Notes: generated by a model from the sequence alone, not told the origin. Shown: positions 1 through 12,672, counted from the whole stretch's first letter. The stretch: DNA of 62,887 bases, filler included, from Globobulimina sp. (GCA_003354225.1; 45 parts of 45 records of this genome joined end to end with filler, not necessarily neighbours in it), one strand, 5' to 3'. Numbers and translations are program-made.

Positions 1-565
1 TCGATAGTCGTCGCATATATTCATTATAGATTTTGGATGAATTATTTATTTCTTGTAATGGCGTGTGAACTGTGTTTGAATCATTGCTGACATCCTCCTC
101 CTTATCATATTGCTCATTTTTGTTTATAATTATATCTATATCGATATCTACATCATCCGTTTTATTTTCCTCTTCCGTTTCGTGTTTCTCTTCATGTTCA
201 TATTGCTCATATTGTTGAGATTCTTCTTGTTCAGAAATTTCTATATCCATAACACTGTCATTATCATTTGCATTTATAATTTTTATGTTGTTTGCAGTGT
301 CATCAGCATCAGTTATGTTATTATCCCTCAAATTGTTGATTATTTCCTCAAATTGTTGGTTATCTTCGTCAGATTCCTCAAATTGTTGCAATTGGTTATT
401 TATTGGCTCTATTTCTGGGTTTGTGGGTATAATGTATGTTTGTGGGCGAACAATGACTAAATCCATTGCTGATTCATTTTTGTGTTCAGCACTATCAGAT
501 GTTGACCCATTCTCTATGTCACTGTTGTCGTTCGAAACTGTCTCCGTTGCTAACTCAGACGCCAT
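1..565 (-). CDS. Acidic low-complexity protein, 5' part (runs off the window; absent from ORF track)
   Basis: ATG at 565 (MASELATETVSNDNSDIENG...) is open to base 1 and rich in D/E/N/Q; the + ORFs 110-460 and 285-599 are its antisense shadows. Confidence 0.7.
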   Translation of the reverse strand, partial: MASELATETVSNDNSDIENGSTSDSAEHKNESAMDLVIVRPQTYIIPTNPEIEPINNQLQQFEESDEDNQQFEEIINNLRDNNITDADDTANNIKIINANDNDSVMDIEISEQEESQQYEQYEHEEKHETEEENKTDDVDIDIDIIINKNEQYDKEEDVSNDSNTVHTPLQEINNSSKIYNEYMRRLS

Positions 566-641
566 GGGAACTCAAGACGTACGATACAAAAATGTCTAAA
601 AAAACCTTTTTCTCAGTGTCCTAAACTAAAACAACATCAAC

Positions 642-1301
642 ATGCTCTCTTTAATCTCAAGGAGACAGTGCTATAAAATTGTTGTTAAAGGATACGCAAA
701 CCATCATTATACATTGCAATTGGTCCGATTGTATTGGTTCAATGGTGTTTCTAAGCAATTATTATTTCAACGAACATTTGCCAGTACATCTTGTGATAAA
801 CACGACAAAACAAAGGATGTGGAGCCATCAATGCCAATACCAATTGGAAATAAAATAATTGTTGGGAATGATGATGATATTAAAAACAAACAGAAAGTGT
901 ATGAGATATTGAGCAAATTAAAAAAGATTAACGCTGACAAAAATGGTGAAAATAAATTTGAAATAAATGTAAATCTGGGTTCGCTTGAACATGAATACAC
1001 TGTGCAATCATTAAAAATAGAAATTGAAAAAGCGCAAATGGAACACAGTAATTCACCAAGGCGATCAGGTACCACATCAAGCAATTCATCGAATGCATTG
1101 GGAATTAATAATAATAACAATTCAAACATTGATAACATTGATATGTCTGAACAGTTAGGAACATCTGATGGATACAATGAAATAATTGAATGTGTTGGTG
1201 ATATAAAGCAAATTAACAAAGAAGTGCAAAAAACTATCGTCAATATTACAGACAATGATGGTAACTTAACCGCTAACATTGAATCTGATATTAAAGATAA
1301 T
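642..1301 (+). CDS. Hypothetical protein, N-terminal part, possible mitochondrial presequence
   Basis: Open to the contig end; basic, acid-free N-terminus (MLSLISRRQ...FQRTFAS). Confidence 0.6.
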
Positions 1302-1401
1302 NNNNNNNNNNNNNNNNNNNNNNNNNNNNNNNNNNNNNNNNNNNNTTAATTAATTAANNNNNNNNNNNNNNNNNNNNNNNNNNNNNNNNNNNNNNNNNNN
1401 N
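1302..1401. other. Artificial contig linker (first of 44): N44 + TTAATTAATTAA + N44
   Basis: Identical 100-bp block recurs about every 1400 bp; the 12-mer places stops in all six frames; flanking segments shrink from 1301 to 1298 bp. Confidence 0.99.
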
Positions 1402-2702
1402 TGTTTTCGACGGAGAGGTTGTTTTCGAACTGATGGTTGGATGAGGACAGACCGGATCTGCCAGAAATGCCGGAATATAATGATAGCAATGCATTGCTGG
1501 AAGGGACCGGTAGTGCTTTTTTGTTATAATGGATGTGATCTAACATAGCCTGCAAGCCACCACCCAGTGAATCGAAGTTTTCCTGTTCGTCGATGTTGCC
1601 TCCAGAGCTCAAATGCGGTGCTTTTAAATATCTGCAGATTAATTGCATGAAGCGCGACAACAACATTATCGAGTGTTGAATGACAGAGTTATCCTCAAAA
1701 TTGTCATTGATGCCATTCTCTGTTAGTTTGGAGAGAGTGGTCACTAATTTGCTGCAGATGGGCCAATGGTTGATGTCGTTATCATAGTTATAAAATATGT
1801 TGATTAACGCGCCTCGATTCTGAAAGATCTCCAGCAAACCGCGTAGCAAATCTATCTTTTGCGGAGAAGTGCAGTATTTGGATTGTAATAAGCCAATGAT
1901 GCCGATGTCTAACAACACTCCAATCTCAAACTTCAGACAATTTCGATAAGAGCTCCATAATATTTTGAAAATGGCCAACATTTTCTTGAACAATGCAGGA
2001 ATCGGCGTGATGGCGTTATAGATGAATGAGGTAAATATGACCCTTCGCAACAGCACCAATGCTATGGTCGAGCTGTCATTTATTAAATGTTCGCTCGCTT
2101 TCGATAAAAACACACTCAATAACTTCATGCCATGAATCCTACGTTTAATAGTCTCAGATTTGGCGGTCAATTTCAACGGCAATTCCTGGGAACATATCTT
2201 TGCAAACATGATCATGGTAACACTCATTAACTCGTCATAATAGGAATCGCGTTCATTGTCATATATTTTATCCATCCATTCTGCGACCCATTCGTTGAAT
2301 TCCTCGTCCACTACGCGTACATTTAGAAACTTTGTGATATCATCCTCAGTGATCTTGACAATCTCCACATATTTGACCAATCCACACACAATGGAGCGCA
2401 TAGCCTCAGTTGCGTTTATTTTAGCTTTCGAGTGGTTTGCCTTCAAAGGACTCAACAAAGGACTCACACTGACTACACTTTGCTTGCTGCATTTGATTGA
2501 ATCCTTATGTTTGCCCCATTCAATGATCAATTTATTGACAATATTAATGGACGCTTCCTCGCGCACATCATCATACCGCAGAAACATACACAAATGGAGC
2601 AAGTTGATAAAGCATCGGCTGTCAAGTTGCCGCGAAGTGCAACGTGTGTCATAGACATGATACGCCCACTTCAGTACTTTGGAGTAGATTTCCCGCGGGA
2701 AA
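1402..2702 (-). CDS. Large ARF-GEF (Sec7/BIG/GBF family), DCB-HUS region, internal fragment
   Basis: Frame open across the contig; HUS box INIFYNYDND preceded by LKFEIGVLL, helical-repeat character. Confidence 0.8.
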
Positions 2703-2866
2703 NNNNNNNNNNNNNNNNNNNNNNNNNNNNNNNNNNNNNNNNNNNNTTAATTAATTAANNNNNNNNNNNNNNNNNNNNNNNNNNNNNNNNNNNNNNNNNN
2801 NNAATTAGACTAAAAATATGAAAGTGTAAAATACGTTACAACAAAAAAAACAACAAAAGAGACAGG

Positions 2867-4007
2867 TCACTTTTTCACATTTTTCCTCGCAATTTCAGCA
2901 CCGTGTTTAAAGCCTCCACCGTGTTTCAAGCATTCCCGTTTGCTTTGTGTGGTTTCATCACCACAGCAGTCAATGACTGCGCTAAAATGTGCCATAAAAT
3001 ACTCTTGCATTTGCTGTGCTTGTCGATGAATTAATGCTGTGCTGGGTTATAAGTTCTTGCTGCCTTTGTTACTAATTCAAATCCTTTTATAAATTCCGAC
3101 ATTTCCGTATGTTTTCCCAATAAAGTGTTGATTGCTAAAGTTGATAAATCCATTGGTTCTTTTACCACCGAAGAGTAGTCAGTAATTCCATATTTTTCCT
3201 CGTCCACCGGCTCTTTAAAATGGAGGGAAAATGGTTGTTGTTCAATTTCTGACAAAAGTAACAAAGCGTTGCGTCTCCAGTCAGCAAAGTAACCACGAAA
3301 TCCTTCCAGTAGATCTTGTAACGAGGCGGTTAACTCTTTCTGATCGCAATCAACCTTTCTTAACACCTTATTCTTATCGCAATACCGCCAAACGACCGGA
3401 CCAAACAGCAGCGTTGTCAACTGCTCGCTCTCTTTAATGATAATTTGCTGCCAAAACGTGATATTGGCTAAGCTGTAACAACTACCCCGTGGTTGCCCGT
3501 TAACCAACACTGCAATGTTCATGTTTTCTCCTGGGTGATACCACGCTAATCTTATACCATTCAGCCTCTTACGTAAAAAACGGAGTATTTGTGTCTTCTC
3601 CTGATGAGTATAACTCTCGTCGGGATCCCAGCAGCGACAAAATGGTTGACTAATTACAAAAGGAATCACGTGGGATTCCTTTGCATTAAAATGAATTGTA
3701 AATACACTCCAAAGGACCATTGACAAATTCAAGTTAATTATCTCTTCAATATGTCTCACGTGTTCGTAACCATTTTAACCCAAAAATCAATTTGTTCGGG
3801 CACAGTGAATCCGTCGGTGTTCACCAGACACCCTTTGTTTGGTAACGAGTGTAGGGCACGACACACTTTCTTAATGTTGGTGATTATTTCGTTAGGTTTG
3901 TTAGTTCCTAATACGTTGAGCGTCAGTGCCGCAGTATGTACCTTAAACCAACGAGTACTGTACCACTCTGTCTGTGGGTTTGCGTCTGCACGGTGTGTCC
4001 ACGCCAT
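2867..4007 (-). pseudogene. Bromodomain protein, frameshifted near 3757 and 3032
   Basis: FKEPVD..YGITDYSSVVKEPMDLSTL...AARTYNP; the last helix (IHRQAQQMQEYF) continues in a shifted frame to TGA at 2867. Confidence 0.7.
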
Positions 4008-4211
4008 GACTTGTAGACTTTGAGGTTTTTAGCACAACGAAGTTTTTTCTGAATCAAGGTCTTGCACCGAAAAACCCATCACCAAACTGCCCCGAAATAT
4101 CCANNNNNNNNNNNNNNNNNNNNNNNNNNNNNNNNNNNNNNNNNNNNTTAATTAATTAANNNNNNNNNNNNNNNNNNNNNNNNNNNNNNNNNNNNNNNNN
4201 NNNCAACATTA

Positions 4212-5300
4212 TTGATTGGTTTCATGATTATTATTTCTGTCATGTCAGTAAAAGTACCATTGATGCGAGTTGATCCAAAATACACAACATTTGTTCATTC
4301 TGGGTTAATAATAGCAGATATTGAAGGTAAAGGTGAGGGAATTATTGCAACAAAACCAATCAAATTTGGTCAAGTTCTAATGATTGATACTCCATTGTTA
4401 AATTTTCAAGCCATGATCGGTATTAATCAGGTAATTCCGTTTATTAATCAAATTAGATCCGCTAAACACCGAAACGATTCGAAATTATTTGACAAACTAA
4501 CCATCCCAACTGCTCTTAGACCTTTACTGAAATCACAAAATATCCGCAAGTATCCGCAATTATCCAGTAAACAATGGGACGATATTGCTAGAGTTGCAGC
4601 CAATGATTTTGCTGGATTTATATATCCAACATTTAGTAAAATCAATCATGGTTTGCCAACAAATATTCTTCAATGGATTCCTTCAGAAGATAACCAGCAT
4701 AGAATTATCGTAATTGCAACAAATAATATTGGTGTTGGAGAAGAACTGGTGTATGATTATTTTGGTTTGGTGCCACAAGATCCTGCTACCATGTCATTAG
4801 CTGCAATTCATTAAATTGAAAGTCGTACAGTTCAAGGAATATGTGGTGTTCACATAAATCATGACATTAAAAGACTTTTGATTGATTACCATAATGAAAA
4901 AACACAGTACGACGATAACACATTATTGAAAAGCACAATTAATAACATTTACTCAAATGGAATTGCTTCATCAAGTCTTGAAAGTGTGCGAGTGTTTCCA
5001 TGCGTCAATAAAAATGTCAGTCAATCAATATTTGATAAATTTATTGAGTATCTTACACAAGATATTTATGGAGATGCAATATTAAGAAAACCAATTGATA
5101 TAAATGATGCAGTTGATTTTATGGGAAAAGAATTTTGTGACACATTAAATCTTTCAATTAAAAATTGAGCGCTTTTTTCTCATCCAGATACAGATGTGCT
5201 TGAAACAGCATATAAATGTATATCTTGCAAATTTCTACAAACTTTTGTCTACAAGTCATTATCAACTAGTCATATATCGCAAAAAAGAAAGAAACACTAA
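4212..5300 (+). pseudogene. SET-domain (SMYD-like) protein with in-frame stops at 4812 (TAA) and 5166 (TGA)
   Basis: GKGEGIIATKPIKFGQVL, FSKINHGLPTN and GEELVYDY motifs; the same frame continues through both stops to TAA at 5300. Confidence 0.7.
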
Positions 5301-5604
5301 AAGATGCCGCAGGTATATAGATGGCATTAGATTCATAAAATTCTCAATAATTCCATCTGAAGAGAAGCGATTTAAAACCTTAGAGATGACTGGAGTTTAG
5401 TGGTGAGGGCCACTGTGTGCAGTTCAAAAGTTGCAGCGCTTCAGCCATTGTTAATTAGTAAAAAGTTATTAAAAAAAACAAAAAAAATAAACAAGGTAAT
5501 TATANNNNNNNNNNNNNNNNNNNNNNNNNNNNNNNNNNNNNNNNNNNNTTAATTAATTAANNNNNNNNNNNNNNNNNNNNNNNNNNNNNNNNNNNNNNNN
5601 NNNN

Positions 5605-6010
5605 TCCATCATTGTCAATAAATAGGAGTTTATTCATTAAACAACACAAGAATACTATCGCGAAAAAACAATACAAATTGGCAAATACAGTTCTTAACAA
5701 ACTTGTTTACATTAGTGTGAATGACAATGTTTATTCATACCTTGATGTTAAGAACTTTCATTCGCGAAGTGAGATAATTAAATCCATTTCGCCCCCAACG
5801 CGACAATATTGTGATATTGGGTTGAAACAATGCACATATGATTACAAGGGTCGTATGAATTATGATATTATCGCATATTTCTCATATAAAACGTATAAAT
5901 GTGCCGATAAAAGTCTTCCACGATACTGTCATTTTATTCAAATGACTATTGAGGACCAAAAGTGTAGTCAATATTATATCATTTATAACCACGATATGCT
6001 TTATATTTAG
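5605..6010 (+). CDS. Orphan protein, 3' part
   Basis: ORF of about 132 codons, no recognisable motif; converges on and overlaps the next ORF. Confidence 0.45.
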
Positions 6011-6905
6011 ACCACGCGATTTTGATTTTATCGGCATCGTGGGTAATTGTTTTTACAATACGTTTTACATATTTTCGCACAAGGCGAATATCGTGTTTTG
6101 GCAATTCGTTCCATTTGTCGGCTGGAGTATTGAGGAATGCCACATATTGTTTGGCACTTCCCATCCGCCGACCTTTCGCAATTTTGTCCCCAATACTCGC
6201 CCATTTGGTAGCGCCACGCCGTGCAAAATTATTGGGTCGGCCTAGGTGCACTTTGTCAATTTTGAGCGAGGCAATATGGCCTGCCATGTATGAGTTGGCA
6301 ATTTCGCGCGAGGTTTTTGCGATGAGAATGTCATTTGTGGAAATGACTTGGGCCATTTTACATGTGTGTTTCAATGACCTGTCGCGCAATTGATTTCCAT
6401 ATTGCCCATGTAAAAGTGGAAAATGAGGATTGTGTTCATAATACATATGTGGTTGGGTTAAAATGTGAGTTAATTCTACCTCATTGAATATATTCTCGGT
6501 TGGGGTGCCATCGTTCACAATATCCTTTTCGCAGATAATGTGCGAATGACACATTTCCTCAATTCGCGTAATTAAATAACGAATGTCGCCATCGGGCGGA
6601 ATGGTCGTGATGGTTTTCAATATATCCGCGGCCATTTCATATCCCACATCATGCGGTTCCATGTATTCACAATATATAAACTTCTTCAATGCGCCCAATT
6701 TTGGCCAATTTGCGTCCCAATTGAAAAATCGCGCTTTGTCAAATAGTGTTTTGTTATATCGTGGTTTCTCAAGCGTTTCAATCACGACCAAATTACATTG
6801 TGCTAATTGAAGTAGTCGGCGCATTGGAGTTGGTGTCTTATCGCACGTGATGTGTAGGATGCAATGTGGGGCATATTGATTTGATTTGCATTTGACAACG
6901 TCACC
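5979..6905 (-). CDS. Orphan protein, 3' part (over 300 aa, intronless, basic C-terminus)
   Basis: Frame open from the contig edge (6905) to the stop at 5979. Confidence 0.65.
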   Translation of the reverse strand, partial: GDVVKCKSNQYAPHCILHITCDKTPTPMRRLLQLAQCNLVVIETLEKPRYNKTLFDKARFFNWDANWPKLGALKKFIYCEYMEPHDVGYEMAADILKTITTIPPDGDIRYLITRIEEMCHSHIICEKDIVNDGTPTENIFNEVELTHILTQPHMYYEHNPHFPLLHGQYGNQLRDRSLKHTCKMAQVISTNDILIAKTSREIANSYMAGHIASLKIDKVHLGRPNNFARRGATKWASIGDKIAKGRRMGSAKQYVAFLNTPADKWNELPKHDIRLVRKYVKRIVKTITHDADKIKIAWSKYKAYRGYK

Positions 6906-7035
6906 NNNNNNNNNNNNNNNNNNNNNNNNNNNNNNNNNNNNNNNNNNNNTTAATTAATTAANNNNNNNNNNNNNNNNNNNNNNNNNNNNNNNNNNNNNNN
7001 NNNNNAAAATCACAGGTTGGATTTTTTTATCATAC

Positions 7036-7908
7036 TCGGTAGTGCAGGAAAGCAAATGCGACGCTTTCCAGACATAATATAAAATCGTTAGTTTTGTCCG
7101 AATATTTTGATCCGAACACAATGGGAATGAACAAAGCTTGCCAGTATGTCATAAAAACGATAGATTTGACAGCTAGGAATTTCCTCACCGGGCTGAATGA
7201 GTTCATTTCGTCTTTGGTCGCCACATAAAATAGAAACAAACCATACAACGCCAAGGTGTAAGACACGTTGTATGCGGTCAACATAATTAATTGCCAGTAG
7301 CTGTTGTAAAATAAGGGCTCGCCGCCAATTAACAACAGCAACAATGATATGGTTGCTGTGATTGGCTTTAATATCACAAATTGTAATGTCATTTGCTTGC
7401 AGGTGCGCAGAAAGGCGGCGTTTAACCGCAACGGCGGTAAACAGCACAATGGGAAGGGATGCTTCATGCACATTCGCTGCGCAATGGAGACGGCGCAAGC
7501 TTGTTCACCGCCGATTACATTCAATATCCATACTAAAAAACAATAAATCACAAACGCTTCGTAACAGTCACGGATGATTTCCATGTACAAACCCATTGAG
7601 TCTTCGTGGATCGATGTGAATGATATTATGGCGTAGATTGGAACAATGAATAGGACGCGGACTATCCATAGTTGATACACTGGACGCTTAGATAGTTATA
7701 TTTCGTTTGTTGGCAGTGACAAAATAATCAAATATATGTAGACGTAGTTACGTACTGTCCAATGGGCTAAATGCAAAGCAATATTATAGAATGAGGCGAT
7801 GATACCGATGAATGCAAAGGTCCCCGCTAATGCCCATGCATAGTCATGCAATACAAAGTCACCTAACGGGATGAAGGCTGCTGTTTCAATCAAATTGAAA
7901 GTATGCAT
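7036..7908 (-). CDS. TMEM184: TMEM184/OST-alpha family transporter; intron 7687-7755 and a further donor at 7035
   Basis: Splicing a 69-nt GT-AG intron gives HWTRPVYQLWIVRVLFIVPIYA; also RDCYEAFVIYCF, HPFPLCCL and KFLAVKSIVFMTYWQ. Confidence 0.9.
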
Positions 7909-8458
7909 GCTTGCAATCGTATTAAAGTGACATTACTTTAAAGCTAAAAAAATCTCAAATAAAATCTTTTGTTGGTCAGTAAGGCGACAACATCTAATAA
8001 TGATTTGGTCAGTATTCTACACTTCTACAAAGCCACACAATTTTTTTTAACAAAAGTATTTACAGATTGAATACTACGCAAATCCATTTCAACAAACAAC
8101 AGTCTAGTTTTGTGGACAGCGATTTATAGAGCCCAAAAAGAAACGCATCACAATGTATATGATGCACATAATTATTAAAAAGCCAACGGTTACTTTCATG
8201 ACGAACAAAAATTTGTAGTGATGACGAAGAAAATGATCGATTATCCCGTATACAATTCGCTATTCGACAAGTAACGATGAATGATGGCGAGTGTGATTCA
8301 GATTAANNNNNNNNNNNNNNNNNNNNNNNNNNNNNNNNNNNNNNNNNNNNTTAATTAATTAANNNNNNNNNNNNNNNNNNNNNNNNNNNNNNNNNNNNNN
8401 NNNNNNATTGCTGTCCCCCTTTGGGGTTTGCTAAATATGGCGATGTATAAATGGTTTA

Positions 8459-8716
8459 TTAATATGTGATGTATAGAAATTCAGCAACTGATTGTTTCTG
8501 TAAATAATTAATTCTGTTCATCATTATATTAATGTCAGCGGTGCTTAGACCGAAATCTTTCAAATCTTCTTTTGTTAAATACAATAATGTTACACCATCG
8601 ATATTATATAAATCCACTTTTGATATAATATTGGAAATTGTGGATTCACTAATTCCAAATTTCCACGAATTCACCCAACTTTTGACTTCGTCAACAGTCC
8701 ATTCACTAAACGACAT
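8459..8716 (-). CDS. SAM-domain protein (probably first exon)
   Basis: WTVDEVKSW...NIDGVTLLYLTKEDLKDFGL matches the SAM consensus. Confidence 0.8.
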   Translation of the reverse strand: MSFSEWTVDEVKSWVNSWKFGISESTISNIISKVDLYNIDGVTLLYLTKEDLKDFGLSTADINIMMNRINYLQKQSVAEFLYITY

Positions 8717-8921
8717 GATGTGAGGTGATTAACTGATTATTCACTATAAAAATACATGGACTGTGCTCATATACTACTTATAAACTACCAGTAGATTATG
8801 TTGAATATTAATGTAGCTGGTTGCCACTGTCCCATTCCCAAACGGAGTTTCGCAGTTCATAACAAGCACTCATTTGAATATCGATTGAGAAGAAATTATA
8901 GAAAAACACATTCAGCACAAC

Positions 8922-9329
8922 ATGGAAGAGTATGCTAAATCAAACTTATTGCAAAACAAGCCACAAAATAGACGTAATGTAACGAGGGTTGCCGTTATGA
9001 CTGCAGTTTTATCAGAATTATTAATGAGTGCAGTTGCATTGTATTTCGCCATTATAATGAAAAGAAGCTGGATTCTATGTTTCTCAATTTCAAGTTTCAT
9101 ATCATTTATATGTGGTTGTATTGGTGTATTTGCAAACAATGATCGATATTTAAAACTATTTGGGATATTATACATCACGGCTACTGTGGCCTGTGTTATA
9201 TCAGTATTTATTGTGGTAGTATTTGGCGGAAATAGCCGCATTTTATTTTTGATCGTCGGAGTTATTGCTGTAATAATTCGTGCTTGTTACATTATTGCGA
9301 GTTATCAATTTCGTGATACAATATTTTAA
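8922..9329 (+). CDS. Small 4-TM membrane protein
   Basis: Complete 135-aa ORF with four hydrophobic segments. Confidence 0.65.
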   Translation: MEEYAKSNLLQNKPQNRRNVTRVAVMTAVLSELLMSAVALYFAIIMKRSWILCFSISSFISFICGCIGVFANNDRYLKLFGILYITATVACVISVFIVVVFGGNSRILFLIVGVIAVIIRACYIIASYQFRDTIF

Positions 9330-9463
9330 ATCAAATTAACATTTATTACTTCGTGTTGCACTTGCACGCGAAGATTTAGCACTACATTACAAATATCCTG
9401 ATTTTAATTTAAAACTGATTAAAAACTTCTGTGTAAGTTATGAACTAAAAACTCATTTTAAGC

Positions 9464-9707
9464 ATGTTGTCGTTAAGTAATGTCTCGCGTCACTCAAATT
9501 CCATAAATTCAATGCGACACTACTTACTATATTTAGTATTGGCAAAAAAAAGAAATTGCAATGGCAAATACCGGCAACAATGGCATTAAATTTTTCATCA
9601 GCTGTTGGCATAGTATTCGTCAACAAAATAATCTTCAAAGAATATGAATTTCAATATGCAACATTTCTGACCGGATGTCATTTTGTAATGACATTTTTTG
9701 GCTTAGT
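9464..9707 (+). CDS. Triose-phosphate/nucleotide-sugar transporter (SLC35E-like), N-terminus
   Basis: NFSSAVGIVFVNKIIF..YEFQYATFLTGCHF motif; start inferred through a putative intron 9472-9536. Confidence 0.8.
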
Positions 9708-9807
9708 NNNNNNNNNNNNNNNNNNNNNNNNNNNNNNNNNNNNNNNNNNNNTTAATTAATTAANNNNNNNNNNNNNNNNNNNNNNNNNNNNNNNNNNNNN
9801 NNNNNNN

Positions 9808-11028
9808 ATTAGCTAACCCACAGATGATACAATAATGCGGCCACTGACACCGCATAAAATCCTGCTGATACTTACACGCCGGCAACGAATCATCATTAAA
9901 ATAACGACACGGCGGCGTTCCACTCACTTCTGGCCGCACAAAATGATGGCCTTGCTTCAACATATAATGCACCTCACCCATAGCGCGTCGACCTGCTGGA
10001 TTGCGCGAATTCGAATTGAAATGCGCTCGGTTAACATTATTGGCCCTTGGTGGTGCTGCCCGAGCACGCTGCGGCTGTTGGACTGCATGGCTATGCTGTT
10101 GGTGCTGCTGTTGCTGTTGCGGAAAGCATGTATGCTGAAATTGTGGAGGGGCATATTGTTGCGGCTGAACGCCAGTCTTCTGACGATGCGCCGGATGATT
10201 TGGCATTGGTGGAGGTGGATAGACATATTGTGGGCCATTACTACCATTATGATTGCCACGGCCACGATAATTGTTATAATTTGGAGCCCGCTGATTGCGC
10301 CACGCCCCTCGTCGCCTATTCTGCAAATTCAATTTCCGTTTTAACTCCACAGGACAGTCGCGTTTATAATGGGGTCCCCCGCACGTAAAGCATGCAACAT
10401 TCTTCTTGGTCGGATCCCTAATCGATGGGAAATTTGATGGGAAATTGTTGGAAGTGCTGATATTGAACGATGAGTTGGCGGGGACGACATGCGATGCTAT
10501 TGAATGCTTGAACGTTGCCAAACAGTCCTCCGGCACATTTTGGATGACCTGCAGCAATTTTGTCTCAGATTTGCACATTTGGTCCCATGCATGTGCTATA
10601 TCCGCCCCTTTCCAACACAATCGGGTCTCAGAATTATGGAAACGAAACCGATTCACACTGAACAAAATGCCAACTTTCTGCCAAAACATAGGAGGCGACA
10701 GATTTCTGTCATTGATCATAGGCACCACATTCGTGTTAATGAGGACCCTTAATTCCTTAATATGGCGCGAAATAAAGCCAACGAAACCCGCATATTTGTG
10801 CGCATTCGCTTTTTGATATAATACATCAAACACACGCTCAGTGAACGTGGTCCAAAATAAATGAAAATTTGCTTTCTTCGCCATAAACGCTCGGAGTGCA
10901 GCTTTTATTGTTTGCCCCCATTTAATATAAAACAGCCAATACATATACCATTCATATTTGATTAATGTACAAATACAGACAGAACCATCTAACAATAAAT
11001 GAATACATTCGTCCAAGGCCAACTTCAT
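9808..11028 (-). mobile_element. Gag-like ORF1 of a tyrosine-recombinase (DIRS/Ngaro-like) retrotransposon
   Basis: CCHC knuckle CFTCGGPHYKRDC, a Q/P/R-rich linker, then CRYFN-x5-C-x7-C-x3-H-x-C-x2-C, resembling the Ngaro/DIRS ORF1 finger. RT and recombinase are not in the contig. Confidence 0.6.
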
Positions 11029-11207
11029 CTCAGCTCGTTTAGTGAGTAATAAGCCATCAGATTTTGCACGATATTAATTTAATAACTGACCTGAAAGAAA
11101 TTACTTCNNNNNNNNNNNNNNNNNNNNNNNNNNNNNNNNNNNNNNNNNNNNTTAATTAATTAANNNNNNNNNNNNNNNNNNNNNNNNNNNNNNNNNNNNN
11201 NNNNNNN

Positions 11208-11530
11208 GTAATGTAAACAGTTCCAATTGTTTTCGTAATCACACAATAAATAATTGATCTCTTTCTTACATAACAGATATTCGAAGATTTTGATTTCATT
11301 AAATTTGCAACAAATCATTAAACAAGTTTCGCCCATCGAGTTTTGTACATTTATTTGGGAGATATCCTGCTCAAAAATATGTGTAATAAATGCAAAATAG
11401 CCACAACGGCATGCATCGAATATTGTTAATAATGACTCATTTCTATCCACCATATCAGTGGGCATTCTTACATTTAATTTGCTGATTTCTCGAAAATGCA
11501 AAGGGCGGATGCAAGGACTAGCTGGCTGAG
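11208..11530 (-). CDS. Ankyrin-repeat protein exon
   Basis: IFDACRCG...INVQNSMGETCLMICC...NWNCLHY. Confidence 0.8.
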
Positions 11531-11920
11531 CTTAAGTAGGTATAAACATTTTTAATACAAAAAACAAACACGTAGTCGTTCTCAAAACTGAGACAGAAAC
11601 AGCACAAACTACAACAAATCTGACAACAGTCAGTATCTGTACCTATATCACCATACAGATTCAAACAAATTCAAACAATAATATACAAAATTCAATTGTC
11701 ACAAGCATGAATAATACAAAAACAAAAGAAAAGGCAAAGGTAAAACATTTGTTTACAAACTCAAACACCGCATAGACCCGTACCATAAAAAATAATTAAG
11801 AACGAGAAGAAAATCGACAGCAAACAAAGCAATAATAATATATTTCGTAAATTAGGCTTAAAAGAAGAATATGAAGACAACAAATTATTATTTGCATTAC
11901 AATCAAAGACAAGCAACAAA

Positions 11921-12507
11921 ATGAATGATTCAGAATGTGTCAAAAGAATTAGATTTGTATTAAAAACGTATTGGAAATGGATTGCGGCAAAAAGGAATAA
12001 GGAAGCAATTGATATGAATTTGTATGATTTGATAAGTATTGGCTTTGGTGTCGAGTATGGAATGAATGGCTTTTTACGCGATTATCGATATGCAATCCAT
12101 ACAAATCGGGATTGTTTTGGTTATGATAATATTAATATTTTAGAGGCAGAAGAAAAGAAAGAAAACGATTTGCACTGTGACATTGATGATTGTTTTATTG
12201 TTCATCGAGTGAATAGAAATAAAAAGACAATGACTGAGAATAACAAAGCGAGGGATTTATTGTTTTTTGCGTCTGATTCCGATTCAGATTCAAATGCAAA
12301 TGTATACTGCCAAGAGATTATGGACGCATTACATTGCTTTGTTTACCATACACCGAAAATTAATGCCACTCAATTTTTTGCCGATTATGTAAATGAGAAA
12401 GACGTCGACGAAAAGGAAGAGATTGAAATGGAAATTGAGGACTTAATTATTGATGACATTGTGATTAAATTTGGTGCGCTCATTCGTAAAACCAGAGAAT
12501 CCTCGAA
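11921..12507 (+). CDS. Orphan Cys/His-motif family protein (related to 28008-29307)
   Basis: CVKRIRFVL / FLRDYRYAI / CDIDDCFIVHRVNR / MDALHCFVYH. Confidence 0.7.
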
Positions 12508-12620
12508 NNNNNNNNNNNNNNNNNNNNNNNNNNNNNNNNNNNNNNNNNNNNTTAATTAATTAANNNNNNNNNNNNNNNNNNNNNNNNNNNNNNNNNNNNN
12601 NNNNNNNAGACGCAAGAAAG

Positions 12621-12672
12621 CCAACATACCCAACATACCCATACCCAACATACCCAACAACAACAACAACAA
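12621..12672. repeat. Short tandem repeat (CCAACATAC-like units) running into (AAC)n
   Basis: Directly visible. Confidence 0.8.

Noticed and set aside
1346..1357. Periodic TTAATTAATTAA as a biological repeat, piggyBac site or CRISPR repeat
   Set aside because: Always centred in N-runs; an artificial six-frame stop linker.
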